A stretch of 64,000 nt of DNA, taken from assembly GCA_043228905.1 (NCBI GenBank), contig JBHGNT010000016.1:8060001-8124000 (forward strand), in the 5' to 3' direction. Positions 38,441 through 51,943 of the stretch are shown in pieces; positions within the stretch are counted from its first letter, which is position 1; every line of letters starts with the position of its first letter. Below the pieces are notes generated by a model. It made no database searches. It had not been told where the DNA came from and was given only the letters and a program-made list of their open reading frames with translations. This DNA is from Azolla caroliniana (taxonomy: Eukaryota > Plantae > Polypodiophyta). The translations under genes and the position numbers were made by a program.

Positions 38441-39065
38441 CATTTTGGTTGTGAGAGAAATTCGTGCCAAGATTGGATTTGGGTGAAAATGTGTGGAAAA
38501 CATGGTTGAATATGATCAAAGGTAAAACATTGTATCAAAGTGTGATACTCAGACTCTCGAACTTGTTTAGGGTAATGTGTGCATAGTCGACCACTCTCAT
38601 CACATGTAACCGAACGCCCATCTCACATCGCAATGCATGTAAGCTAAGTTGCATAGAAGCAATGGTGTGAATGGCAAACAACGGGATGGACTCTAACATG
38701 TATTGATGTGTATGATTCCCTATTCCACAAAGAATATGGTTTTGTAGTTAGGTGCAATATGTGCAGTATAATATGAAGTGTGAGCTTCCACATTTGTCCC
38801 ATATCATGATGCATTGGCATTGCAAAAAGGTCTCATTTACAAAAGAATCTAGCGATGTATCGTGAAGCACGTGTGTTGCATCCCATCTACCAAACCTTTT
38901 TTTTTCATATCTTGCATCCAACTGAAACACAAAATTTTGCTTTTATTCATCTTTTGGATCTTTTTGCTTACTTCCCATGCAATTCAAGAAAGTCGATTTG
39001 AGGAACTTTTATGAACCTTAAGCATGTATTCAACAACCTTCTCCATGGCCATGATCTCAATGAAA
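38441..39065 (-). pseudogene. Decayed 3' fragment of an RTEX-like LINE (second family)
   Basis: Colinear similarity to 60470-61150 (TGTGAGAGAAATTC, AAACATTGTATCAAAGTGTGATA, AGCATGTATTCAACAACC). Confidence 0.7.
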
Positions 39066-39742
39066 AGTTAAATATTCATTTAGAGTGTATACACATATAC
39101 CACATGATGCATGTGAACATACATGCATAAGTCTATGTATGTGTATGTGTTTGTGCAATCGTAAATATGTAGAAATAATGGAATTTGGTTGATATGCATA
39201 CATATGGTTCTTATATGACTCCAATTGAATTGTACATGTACTCTCTACTCATTAGGTTTTAACATGAATACAGATTGCTTAAACATAGGACTTGTAATTC
39301 ATGATTCTGAAATTGCCTTACTCCTTTTCTGGACAGAAAGGTATTTATTGTTGAGAATATTTGAAATTTCCCGAAACTAGGTTTTTCCTATAGAGAGCCT
39401 TGATTACAATTGATGCCCTCCACCCAAATGAAAGTTTGGTTCATCGGAATCGAAAAACTCGAAGGAGAAGATAAAGAAATGATGAATTGGATTGAATGAA
39501 TCCATGACATCAACATAAGAGAAGTCCAAATTATCTATTGGCATATGAAACAATAATAAACCAAACAAATTGGACGTTATTAGGGTGATACAAAGAGATT
39601 TGAGAATTTTGAGTTTGTGCACCATCGACATTTCCACCAAGACGAAAAAATTTGGTTCGTCGAAAATGGAGGAAGAAAAAAGAAGAATTAACGGGATTGA
39701 TCGAATGAATGAATGCAACGTGTGCTGAAACAACAATCATTG

Positions 39743-40045
39743 TTAATGATGGGGAGTAAGAGTGAAGATGGCCTTGACAGGGCGATGGTCCGAGCTCTTT
39801 ATTGAATCGATGGCATCGTAGTCACACATCGACACTTTAAAGCAACCACCCTTGCCTTCCTTCACTTTGTAAAGGATCCGGTCAGTCCACGACGGCACCC
39901 TTTCCTAGGAACCACAAAACAACATAACCATAAAACCAACCACATACCAACACATTGCATTCTCACAAACAATGATCATATATATATACACATATACATA
40001 TATATACACATATACATATATATACACATATACATATATATACAC

Positions 40046-40092
<47 letters not shown>

Positions 40093-42274
40093 AAGAGAAC
40101 TATTCAATACATAGAGTCAGACATATATATCCATGAAAGTGCTTCCTTTGGTTCCATAAGTTATATTCTTCCTCCAATGGAGGTAATAAAATCCATCTAT
40201 ATATAGTACATATATCCTTGAATGTTATATCATACTCTAATGATAAGCCCATACACACTATTGACATGATCATGTGGAATGTAGGGAGTTGAAAACATGA
40301 CCATACCATACCAACTGGATCAGTCATTTGGTCAATTGTTCCTTCACACATGAACACACACACATATATATAATTACATAATTGTATATTTATATTTATA
40401 CACATACCGACCTTTGGGCTTGTGTCATAATTGTCTGTGCCCACATCGTATTTGTATGTCGGTCGAAAAGATAATGGTCCTTCTTGGAAGCCTCGGAAAG
40501 CATTACCTTTCTCAATCTCCCTTGACAATTGATCTTTATGCTTGAGACACTAATGAATTGATATCAAACACACACACACACACACACTTCAAATCTTCAT
40601 TCTCATGAAGAGTGTCTCCAAAAATCGGCATGAAAAGGGAGAATTATCATACCTTGTACCGATTTTGATTGATAAGATAATCTACACGATTACGGTCATC
40701 TTGTATCCTATAGTTCAAGTCGCCAAGCCATACGACAAAATCCGAGTAGTCCAAAGCAGTTCTCACACTCCCAGTCACATTAACCTTATAGGTACTTCGA
40801 CAAACATCTTCCACAGATATATTCAAACACGCCGATAATCTCGCGGAAGGTAACCTCCGAGCAAAGAGCGACTCACTAATATGTTGGAATTCCGAATTAC
40901 GTTCCTCTACATTGTTTTCATGAGCTGCATCGAGCAATGAACATGACTCATTTCCTTACATAATCTTCCATGTATATTCATTCATTGAGACTCTTGATTT
41001 TCCTTCCTTAAAAGATGTAAAGAAGCCCCACAATCCTTTATGCCCTAGGATTCCAAAATAAGCTGTAGACGCATTATTTCCCATGTGGCAAAGAAAGAGC
41101 CTCCTTTACCTCATGCTGTGGGAAATATAATGTCTTAAAGAGACTTTCTTGTAAAAAATTAAAACCATGATACAAAATGAGACAATTAGCGCATCAATCT
41201 TTCATTGTCATGATTGAGATGAAAGTTACGTGAGAGATGAGATGCTACAAATAGGAATGTGGCATCTTTGAGCTTGAAAGAAACAGCTACAGCTCCCTTT
41301 TGGCGTCCCGTCATTCCTCCATAAACACCGGCCCCAACCCTATACACCCGCACATCTACAAATATTCAAGAGTATATTCAGCACATCTATCCTACCCTCA
41401 CCACTTGTGAAGATAATGTTGATACAAGACAATCGAGCATTCATTCGTTCTTCAAATTATCGACCTCACATATAATAAAGATAGAACGGTACATTCATTC
41501 GTTTACCTTGGAAATTGTCGGCTAGTGTGCTCTGAGTGATAACAAAGAGTTGGAGAGAATAAGACATAGAGGCAGTTGCAACTAGGCTGTAAGAAGAACA
41601 ACAAAAAATAAGAAAGATCAAAAGAGATACAGAAATCATGTCTGCAAATATGTGTATTGATTGATGCTACAAGCATTATACAACATAATCATACATTGCT
41701 TGGTCCAACACTAGATAAGTCTGCTAGCCCATTAATCTATATTTGGTGTGTATTCACACAATAATGGATTGATTAACGATATAGATCAATATGGGGTTGG
41801 CTGCCACATTTAGCGATTGAGAAAAAGGTACAGAAAATATATTATCAATCCATTCGAGGACATAAATATACCAATAGCACTATATTAATGCATAGATGTC
41901 ACATCCGAACCAGAATTGATCAATCGAAGAAAGAAATATGATAGTAAAAATTTCAGCTACATCGATTGATCAAAGGATATATCACTACCTGCATCCTTCT
42001 CCAAATGCACCCATGAGAAGCTTCTCCGCATCATAATTCGGAACCTCTTGCAACCCAACTACAAACAAATCATAGAGATGGGTATCAAGAGCAGCCACGA
42101 ATTTGCCAAGGTCTTGAAGAGCTAGTCTCTACAAAAAAATAAACAAATAAATAAATAAAATATTGGGCATACAGAAGAAAATGTTCAGCAATAGACATCA
42201 TGAGAATTTATGACAATGAAGAGCACAATCACTCCTTACTAGTATCATAAACCATGGCATGACCACATAAAGAA

Positions 42275-42311
<37 letters not shown>

Positions 42312-43015
42312 GAAGGAAGAAAGAAAGTGAGAGAGCGAGCGAGCGCAAGGTATACCTTTCCATTGACATTCCAAGTGAGTGCATAAACACGGAGGTGAGA
42401 TCTTGATGCTTTAACACGCGCAAGACGATCTTGGCCCTTCACTCCATCCACCATTTTTAGATGACGATGGCAATAATCTGAGACCCAGGCAGTGAAATCG
42501 AGAGAGAAATCGGAGCCATCCAATTTATCCCGAATATCAACATGATGATGATGATGGTGATGATAATGATGCTTATGATGAATGTCAATGAAAATTGGTG
42601 GCGTCCTGACTATGAGGCTATGTCCGTTTACATGCTCGTATAATGTCCGTCCAGAGACAAACCTACTCCCTTCTTCTGCTGCTGCTTCTTCCTCCTCCTC
42701 TTCTTCTTCTTCCTCTTCCTCTTCCTCCTCCTCCTCCTCCTCCTCCTCTTCTTCTTCTTCTTCTTCACTATGTTTACTCAAATTCTCAGATAATGTCCTT
42801 CCAAACATAAGCCTGTATTCTTCTTCCTCCTCTTCCTCTTCCTCTTCCTCTTCTTCTTGTTTTTCTGGCTCCTTCCGGAGTTGGATCAGGGTTCGCAGGT
42901 TTGAGGTTTCTTTGACAATCTGAGCAGCATAGTGCATCACTAACAACTCTTCCTTTGATGGTTGTTGGCTATGGCAGAAAAAAGCTTTGCTCTGCTTGTA
43001 CATACAGTTACCCAT
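39743..43015 (-). CDS. Inositol polyphosphate 5-phosphatase (plant 5PTase11-like), 7 exons, 525 aa
   Basis: Exons 43015-42356, 42128-41989, 41586-41507, 41355-41230, 40924-40653, 40549-40412, 39904-39743. All introns GT-AG, phases consistent, total 1578 nt. Motifs TWNVNG, VVGLQEV, KGAVAV, SHL, WLGDLNYR, PTYKYD, PSWTDRILY, SDHRPV. Confidence 0.93.
39978..40090. repeat. (TA)/(TACA) compound microsatellite in intron 6
   Basis: Directly visible. Confidence 0.9.
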
Positions 43016-43199
43016 GATCTTCCCTTATTTTTCTTCTTCTTCTTCTTCTTCTTCTTCTCTTCAGGGTTCTTACTAACTACTTGAAGGCGATCTAGATTGC
43101 TCTGCATCTTCTTCCCTTTCACTTCTGTTCATCTAAGAAGAAGAAGAAGAGAATACTTCCATTTCCCGGGAAATACAAACATACATATACATACATGGT

Positions 43200-43440
43200 G
43201 ATGTATGTAATGTATGTGTATGTATGTATGTATGTATGTATGTATGTATGTATGTATGTATGTATGTATGTATGTATGTATGTATGTATGTATGTATGTA
43301 TGTATGTATGTATGTATGTATGTATGTAGTGCATGTATGTATGTAATGTATGTATGTAGTGCATGTATGTATGTTGTGTATGTATGGATGTATGGATGTA
43401 TGTATGTATGTATGTATGTATGTAGGTATGTATGTATGAT
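43200..43440. repeat. (TATG)n microsatellite upstream of the 5-phosphatase start codon
   Basis: Long TATG array, directly visible. Confidence 0.95.
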
Positions 43441-43569
43441 ATGTGTAACTTCCCCATTCAAAGAAGAAGGTGGTTTTGTAGTTTGGTGACCTCCACGTCC
43501 TTCATAAGGTGTGATACATTCCCATTGCAAAAAAACGTCATTCACGGAGGAATCTGTACGAGCACCATG

Positions 43570-43990
43570 AACCAAATGTAATGGCATCTCATCTTCCCAG
43601 CCATGTAGCTATATCTTATGTCCATTTAGAACCTTAAAACATGTAATAGATCTAGCATTCATTTAGAATCGTAAAGCATTTCGTGCATCTTTTGAATCTA
43701 TTTACTTGCTTCCCATTTAAATCTAGGAAGTCGATGCAAAGGGTATTTTAAACCTTATAACATGTAAACAATCCTCTTTATGGCCACACTCTCAAAAGGA
43801 AGCGGTTCCGTCTCAAGAAGCAAGATCATGTCTGGCATTTATAGCTTGACTTTGAGAAACTTCAAGAGAAAGTGCTTTTGGACATTCTCAAAGTCTTTTC
43901 AAGTGGATTACGAGACCATAGTGCAAAACCATTTAGAAGGAGTTGTCACCAAACCATTAGCTAATATGCAAGATTGTAATCCGTAAACAA
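43570..43990 (-). pseudogene. Decayed RTEX-like LINE fragment
   Basis: Shares TTGCTTCCCAT..TCTAGGAAGTCGATG and GTCTCAAGAAG blocks with 61050-61190. Confidence 0.55.
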
Positions 43991-46900
43991 CACATAACAA
44001 TTGAGAAACATCTAACACATAACAATCATTAAAGAAAATGTTGTGTATAGATAGAGATTGTAAGTCTATTTACCATTAATATCATTGTCGCATCACAACC
44101 TCCTTTCATATTATATCATGATATGTTGATGCATTTTTCTTTCTTTGATCATCTAAAATGGGTTCAACGATTAAAGGGTGTTACCTCTTAATCCGTATTG
44201 TCTGAATATTAATCCAAAATTAAGAGAGATGAATCAACTAAGTTAAATCTAGGGAAACCCCTCTTGATTGGGTCACGGGTGAGAAGCCTTAACGGTTGAT
44301 TCCAGTGGAGAAACAAGGCATTAAATGCGAAAGTACAGTGTGAAAACATATTGCATTTAATATTTAAGAGACTTTAAAGTTTAGAAATCCAAGCCAATCT
44401 TTAACAAATTATTTTCATGTAGATTCACAAACTTGCCAGTTGAGATATGGGAGAACTTGGTGGCAGCAGTCTGCGGCCAATATGACAAAATGCAGGATTC
44501 ACCAGAGACTGTGAACAAGAGAAAGAAGAAGCTCCTTCACTTATGGAAAAAGCTTAAGTTGTAGCATTCACATGTTTTTCTTAATACTAATGAGGAAAAA
44601 TCTTTGAAGGAAGAAAAAATTTGTCACTTAAATATAAATAAATATATAAACTTGTCATGTCAAAGCTTGTACTTTGCAACCTTAAGGTTGTGGGTTTAAG
44701 TCCTCCTCATTGGTTTTGATGGTTGATTTTCTTCATAAACAACTCATCATGTTTTTTTAGCTTTGAATTATCCACTTTGTTGCAAAAATTACGTTTCACA
44801 AATGAATTTTCACAATCCCAGGGTTGAAAACAAGACTATTACCTTAAAAGAATTCTAATGAATGTGAACTTTTCACAAAATCACACATTGAATTTCAACT
44901 CATCTTTCTAGAAAGAAGAAAACGCCATATTAATAAATATTCCAACCTTTGTGATACTTATTTAATTTCCATAAACTTGAGGTGAAATTGCATTCTTGTT
45001 TAGGACTTGTTGTCACACTTATGTACATGCGTTAAAAAAGTCTCCTTTTCCCTAGTCAATATAATCAATTGATCCTACTCATTTGCAATGAAAGTGTAAA
45101 AATTGTTAATATAGGTCTTGGTTGAGAGGAGTTCCACTTGTTTATAGGATGATAAACAAAGTTATAGGGCTCTAACTGGAGTTGACTTGTGGCCACCATA
45201 GGGCATTTTTAAAAAATGATCGTTGAGTATATGGATAAGTGGTTAAAGATAGAACAAGGTCTCAGGAAAGACACAATGATTTGCACATTGACTCAAAGAA
45301 AGACTCGATAAAGTAGACATGTCTAACAATGTATTGTGCTATGCGAGTTAGTTGTTAGAAGGTGTACTACTCCATGAACCACCAAATAACAGTGTGATGG
45401 AATATGGGTAAATGCAGTAAATTGTTCTCCTTGAGGAAGTAATATAATGACAATGGTTAGGTAATAGCATGCATGGATAAATATGTGTATCACGGATTAC
45501 GAAGTTCCTCGACTCAATACCAGGAGGTCTTTATGCATGCCTTATAGTTGTCATGGACACCAATATGACACTAGCATACAATTAAATAATTCGGTGAAGC
45601 CCAAGTGGTAAGGTTAACCACATTTCGATAAGAGTTATGCATGTGGCATGCCCTTGATGAAAATTGATGTCTTGATTGCATAATAGTATGTCAATCATAC
45701 ACGCATTGTAAATGCGCCCATTTGTTTAGTAGATCTTTTACATGCATATAAACTTACATGTCAACATTGACATAAAAGCATATTGTTATTTACCTCTAAG
45801 AGAAGTGTCCATTATGATGGATTTGGTGTTTTGTTTTAGCGGCCTTCGTAGATTTTTTACAGTGTTTCCTTTTCAATCAATTTGACAAAAAAACTTGGGG
45901 ACGTACTAAAGTGGGCATATATGTAATTTTTCCTTCAGAAAATTGGTGGACTTTAACCGTGCTTTCTACATTCATAACTAACAACACGATATAGTTCAAC
46001 AAGCATTACCACACATCCCAAAGTATTTAAATTTGATTGATGCAAACCCCACAAATGTAAGGTAATTCATGTAATCTTTATTTAGTTTTAAATCATGCCA
46101 TTCTGGTTCATTCCCTCTTGATTTAGACTTTATTCAAGTTATTCCTAGGTTCAATATTGTACTTCTGTGTTTCATTCACTTACTATATTGACATGTCTTT
46201 AAATTATCATATTGTAAAACAACGGGCAAAAGCACATGCATTTTCGATTGGACAAAGAAGTTGGGATGCTTCAATGTTTGTACGAACGTGGCACTATAAA
46301 TTTGATGTAAGTGTCAATACATCAATCCATTACTTGCATTATAAAGACTTGAGAATTTATTGCCAACACATGGCATACAATGCCTTGATTTGAAGAAGCT
46401 ATATAGTAATGTCCATCGTTTTTTGAGAAATCGTCTTTCTTGTCATCTTTAATATATACCTTTGTTTTTCCTTGTACCTTTCCTTCACTATCATCGCCTT
46501 TGATGCCACACAACTGGCTGACAAAATAACACCTTGAAGTTGAAGTTGGATTTCATAAATTTTGTTTGTCATCATTGTTGCAATAATTTTCGTGCAAGAC
46601 TATTGGTAGGAAAGTATATATCGCAATTTGCATTCCATAAATTCATTATAATAAGGGGTACAAATATCTGATATACGCTTAGAATTTATTATTTGGAAAT
46701 TGACTATTGCAAATTGTATGTCTCAAAACAATTGGATTGGGGCATTTAACAAGATGAGTGTCATTGGTATACATGCCTTCTCAATAGTCCCATTGTCAAC
46801 AACTCCTCGTTTAAAAATTAACCCCACCCATATTTTTACAATATGCTTCTTCCCCAAACTACAAGTGATTAAGAGAACTTAGAAGTCTTCATTGAATAAG

Positions 46901-49209
46901 CTCAAGTTATATTAACTAGATTTGTGATTGTCATACCTAAATAAATCTCAAGTTTGATTAATCCTAGTGTTTCAAGTGGATGAATGTAACAATATATTTT
47001 CAGCATATTTGTTGGTTTAGCTAAGATGGGCCTATTTCCTTTTGACTATAGATCACAAACCACATAGATTTGATTTGAACCAATACACAACAACATGAAT
47101 GTTAAAGTTGAAAAGCCTTTGTAGCCAACCACCGTGGGAATCTTGTTGGTTTTTTCACCATAGTGCTTCTTTTATAAGATGAATTTCTACATATTGTTTT
47201 ATTTACTCATTGAAATTAGAACAAAACATTAGGTTATTGTCAACTTATAACAACCTTGGGATTCCCCCAACTTGCTCCATATTTACCACAATATTGTAAG
47301 TTTTCCAAAATTACAACACTTGTTTGTAGAAGCCTAAATATACCCAAAAACAAGTTAGGGGTATTTTGTTGTTTCTGCCTTTATCATATATCATATTGTA
47401 TATGTCTAGAAATACGCACGAGTATTGTGTTCCTATTACACATATCATGGGTACGCTTACACAATATATCAAGTGTACTTATTCACTTGTGTGACAACCA
47501 TTTATAACATATGATGTTATGACTATTGGAGGGGTTGCATGATCGGTCATTTTCGTGCATAGGGACCAGGGCTATAATCATTATAGTTAGTATTACCAAA
47601 ACTTACGTATGGACATAAACTAGACAAGCCTTTTGCAAAGACATGTAAAGTACATAAAAGTGTGGCATTGTGAAGTGATTAGACTTGAAATCATGATTCA
47701 TAACCATTTGGAAATCTCGTACTAATAATTGTCATGAAAATATCCCTTTAGAAAGCTTTAGTCTTCCTATATTCCAAGTACAAAATTTACATAATTTTGA
47801 GATTTACCATAAATAATCTTTAGCATATCATAATACTCATCATTGCATATGCTAAAATGCTAAAATTGATTATAGACTCGTTCAAACTTAATGTTAGAAA
47901 AGCATAAATAGCTTGTCATGCCATAAACAAAAACATCAGAATTAGCAAGATTTTTATATTTCAAGAATATACATCTCTTAAGATGATGATAGTGATCCTC
48001 TATTTCTTATAACAAATTGCAACAAATAACCTTTTAATTGGTTGAAGAAAAAGTCATTATTACTGTTATGCTTCCTCATCAAGTGTTCTAGTGATTAAGT
48101 GGAGATAGATAAAAGTATGCCTCAACACACAAAGTGAAAGCATAGACTTTATCCAATATATAAGAGACTTAGCACGTATCAAAACTGTATTTCTTGTAGA
48201 ATGATTTAAAACATACATTACATGAATTCTAAAGCTATGTGTGTGTGTGTGTGTGTGTATGTATATATGTATGTATGTATGCATACATGCATGTATATAA
48301 TTAGCGATAAATCTATTGGTTTTCACAATTATAGTATAAAAATGAATTATTCACCTAACACTTTTCTTCTAAGGAACGTCTCTACAAATATGATGATATG
48401 TTTTCCGTAAGTAAAGAGTTGACAAAGTTGTTGTATTTATAGGTGAAGAGATAGTGATATTTACCATGATTCAAACAAACTATCATTATCACATTAGTGA
48501 GATTGTCATGACGAGGAGAGATTGTATCAATCAAAAACAGAAAAAAACACCACATATGTAAGTCATTGATTAGGTTCCGCAATCATGAAACAAAGTGACA
48601 ATACTCTCATGATCACATAATCGTGTAAATGAAAAAGTGATATAACAAAGGTGATCTACCCAAGACTAAACGAGTATAATGAATTGAAGAACTATAAATG
48701 AAGGCTTACACAATAATGTGCAAATTACATGTAGTCTACCAACAATGAAATACCTATTTAGGGAGAAAGTACTATGTATATCGATGATGTTCTATGAGAC
48801 TGTTTAAGAAAATGTTGTACAACATGAGATAAATTACTTTTGGATGGCTTGAATGTGAAGAGATGTTTATGACATCAAGGCATGTGACAATACAATTTTT
48901 TTATAAAGCACGATGACGTTTCCAATATTTATTCTTAAGGTAACACCAAGCGGCAATACATAGAGATGTTGGAAACTATCCATTCCATGGTGTACACAAA
49001 TTTCCGCAGGTTGCATGTAGTAACGGTTTTTGTGAGATGCATTGAAGGGGGACTTCGCCTAAACTACTTTCATTGTTTGATTTGAATGGCCAAGTAATTA
49101 AATATTTCTTGGTCACAATTGAGTGATGAGAGAAATACTTTTGATGCAATGAAGATATTTGCGATCTTAGGTCAACATATTTTATGGGTTCTATAAATTT
49201 GGATGATAA

Positions 49210-51943
49210 TTAGAAGGCACATAACTCTCCTCAATACTGTCTATAAGTTGCTCGCAAAAATCGTGGCACACCGCTTAGCACCACATCTCCCTCAGCTCAT
49301 TCATCCGTCCCAAACAGGTTTTGTTAGAAATCGAAGCATCCTAGACAACCTCTTCTCATTTTGGGAAGCAGTAGCCCTTGCAAAGCATACCACCAATAGG
49401 GTAGTTGTGGTGCTCCTAGTTTTTGAGAAAGCATATGACAAGGTATGCTGGAAATTTCTAGAAAGTGTGATGGGGAAACTCGACTTTCACGAGTCATGGA
49501 TCAAAGGCATTGCAGGACTTTATAGGAACGCCACCAACTGCGTTTCACTAGCAGGTGAAAGGGGCCCTTTCTTCCGAATATCGTGGTTCGTACGACAGGG
49601 CTGCCACTGGCTCCATCCTTATTTCTATTATACGCCGAAGCACTCTCTAGCTTTCTCAACTTGCGGCATCTAAGCCTACGTGGTCTTCGTGTGTTGCATT
49701 CTCACCAAAGCCTCCAAGATACAGAATTTGCAAATAACACCACAGTCTACTTGCAAGGCTACTTGGAAAATTTACAAAAGCTAGAAAGTGGTTTAGATGT
49801 ATTTTGCAAGAGATCCAATGCCATGATCAATTGGCAAAAATCCTATGCAATATGGCTCTCTCATGAAGCACATCCTACGTGGCACCCAAATCCCACTTTC
49901 AAGTGGATCAATCAAGGTGCGAGCACCAAATATTTGGGTTTCTAAATTGGGTTCAACATACCTCTAGAGACTATGATTACACAAGTTGTTCACTCCATTC
50001 GACAAAAGTTAATACATTGGAGTTCGAAAAAACTCTCGCTAGCGGGGCACATCATAGTGGCAAACCAGGTATTACTCGCAACAGCATGGTACAACCTATC
50101 ATGCTCAACAATCTCTAAGGAAAGTATACACCAGATTCAACGACTGGTACATAACTACATTTGGTCTGGTAAGGAAGATCATACAACTCGGGCCAAGGTG
50201 GCGTGGCCTATACTCACATCACTTAAGTCGAGAGGAGGCTTGGGTCTTATTGATCCCCTCTCACAATCAAAAGCCCTACTCGCCAAATTTGTGGTGTGAC
50301 GACTCCAGCTAGAGAATAACTGCTGGAAAATGTTACTGTGGTTACGCTTTGCTTACTTTAGGCCATGAAAAGGGACCAATTGGGCCCCCCAAGCTGGATG
50401 GATTCTAAACATGGATCTCAAACCTGGTTTCTCCCGCCAACTAGAGGATAGATTTAGTGCATCCATATGGAAGGCGTGGTGTGACATTAGACGAGAACTC
50501 AAGTGCGATCAACTCAATTCCGAACCTGCCTGGCTCAGTCAACGTATCCTATGGAACCCATGTATTAGGGATCTAATCAACTAATTGGATCAAGTAAGGG
50601 GATGTCATGGGGATACATGTTGGAAGGTCCAGGAAAAAGTATAGAATGTTGGAGATGGTTTATGTCATTGCCAATACTAGACCAAGCCAACATCCTCCAT
50701 GGAATCAGGGGTGGATGGGCTATGAGATATGAAATCATTAACGCTCTATTGATTAGGGAAGCCGCTCATCAAAGGACGACAATGGAGAAATGGATAGGCT
50801 ACAAGGAGGAGGGCTCTTTGATCCCAAGAGGTAGGGACACACCGGATAAGATCTAAGGCTCTAAATTGCAGGACAACAAGACATCAACACGACATAAGGC
50901 AATTCGAGTACTAGCATATACTGGGCAAAAATGGATTGTAGATCTTGATCCGATCAAAGTACAACCAGATTGGCACATATGTACTCATGAAAGCACATGG
51001 CTACGTAAGGTCAGGTGGGACCCTTTGCAATGGACATGGTGTGATCCTTACGTGGGGCAAGGAAGCAAACCTATCCCTTTCTTTCAATTCACAACTAGAT
51101 TGGGTCGCTATATTATAGCCGCTCAATCCGCCCGAGAGCTGGCTGCTGCAAAGGTCTGGTACACATATCATGTTCCTTACACAATTATCACCAAGTTTTG
51201 GCAGAAACTTTGGAAACAACAAGACGCGAGGTGAATCACCACTTTCCAATGATTATTAATACATAAGTCACTACTGGTTGGTGCATGGCAGCGTGGGAAC
51301 CTCGGCTCTCCTAATTGTGTAGCGTGTCCAACTGTATTAGAATCCATATGACACGCTCTATGGGACTGCCCAGAGTCCCATCGAATATGGCAAGAGGGGG
51401 GGGTTGGCCGCTTATTGCAATTATGCCAGGTGCAAGGCTCAATCAAGTGGGGGGATGTATGTTGGCTATCATGGCAGGCCCCAATTGACAGCTATGAGCA
51501 TCGGGAAGAGGGGATGACTTTTGTTATAAAAGCACAATAGATTTTTTTCTCCACCATCGGCAATATTCACTCAACTCCTATTAGTGCCAAATCTCAAGCT
51601 GTGTTGGACTTGGTTAGCCCAATAACTCTTTGGATTCTATGGAAACAACGGTGTAGACGGGTCTTTTCCAACCAAAGCGCACAACCAATAATGTTAATAC
51701 AAGAGATATGGAGTGAAGCTGTAGCCACTCTAAAGAGTCAATATTATGGCCTCAAGGGCGACTCCGATAGAGTTGAAAGACAACGACTAGCCTTTATCCA
51801 ACAATGGTCGTCCTCTCCCTTTCTTGAGGCAGTGGGTATCCACATAAGATGGACATATTGTGTCCCTATAGGGATTTGTATATAATAATCTCATATGTAA
51901 AATCTTTATAACTAATGGAAGGAGATATTTTTTGGAAAAAAAA
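49210..51943 (+). mobile_element. 5'-truncated, degenerate L1-clade LINE (RT C-terminal part, zf-RVT region, short poly-A)
   Basis: ITLLNTVYKLLAK, QTGFVRNRSILDN, FEKAYDKV, VRQGC, AKVAW..GGLGL, LWILWKQRCRRVF; A-tract at ~51935-51943. Confidence 0.85.

Noticed and set aside
40100-40411. C-terminal extension of ORF 40100-40528 as coding sequence
   Set aside because: It is read-through into intron 6. The GT donor at 40411 splices to the exon carrying PSWTDRILY.
42582-42923. Poly-Ser ORF on the plus strand
   Set aside because: It is the antisense shadow of the poly-Glu exon of the phosphatase.
43119-43587. ORFs with YIHT/MYVC repeats
   Set aside because: These are translations of the (TATG)n microsatellite.
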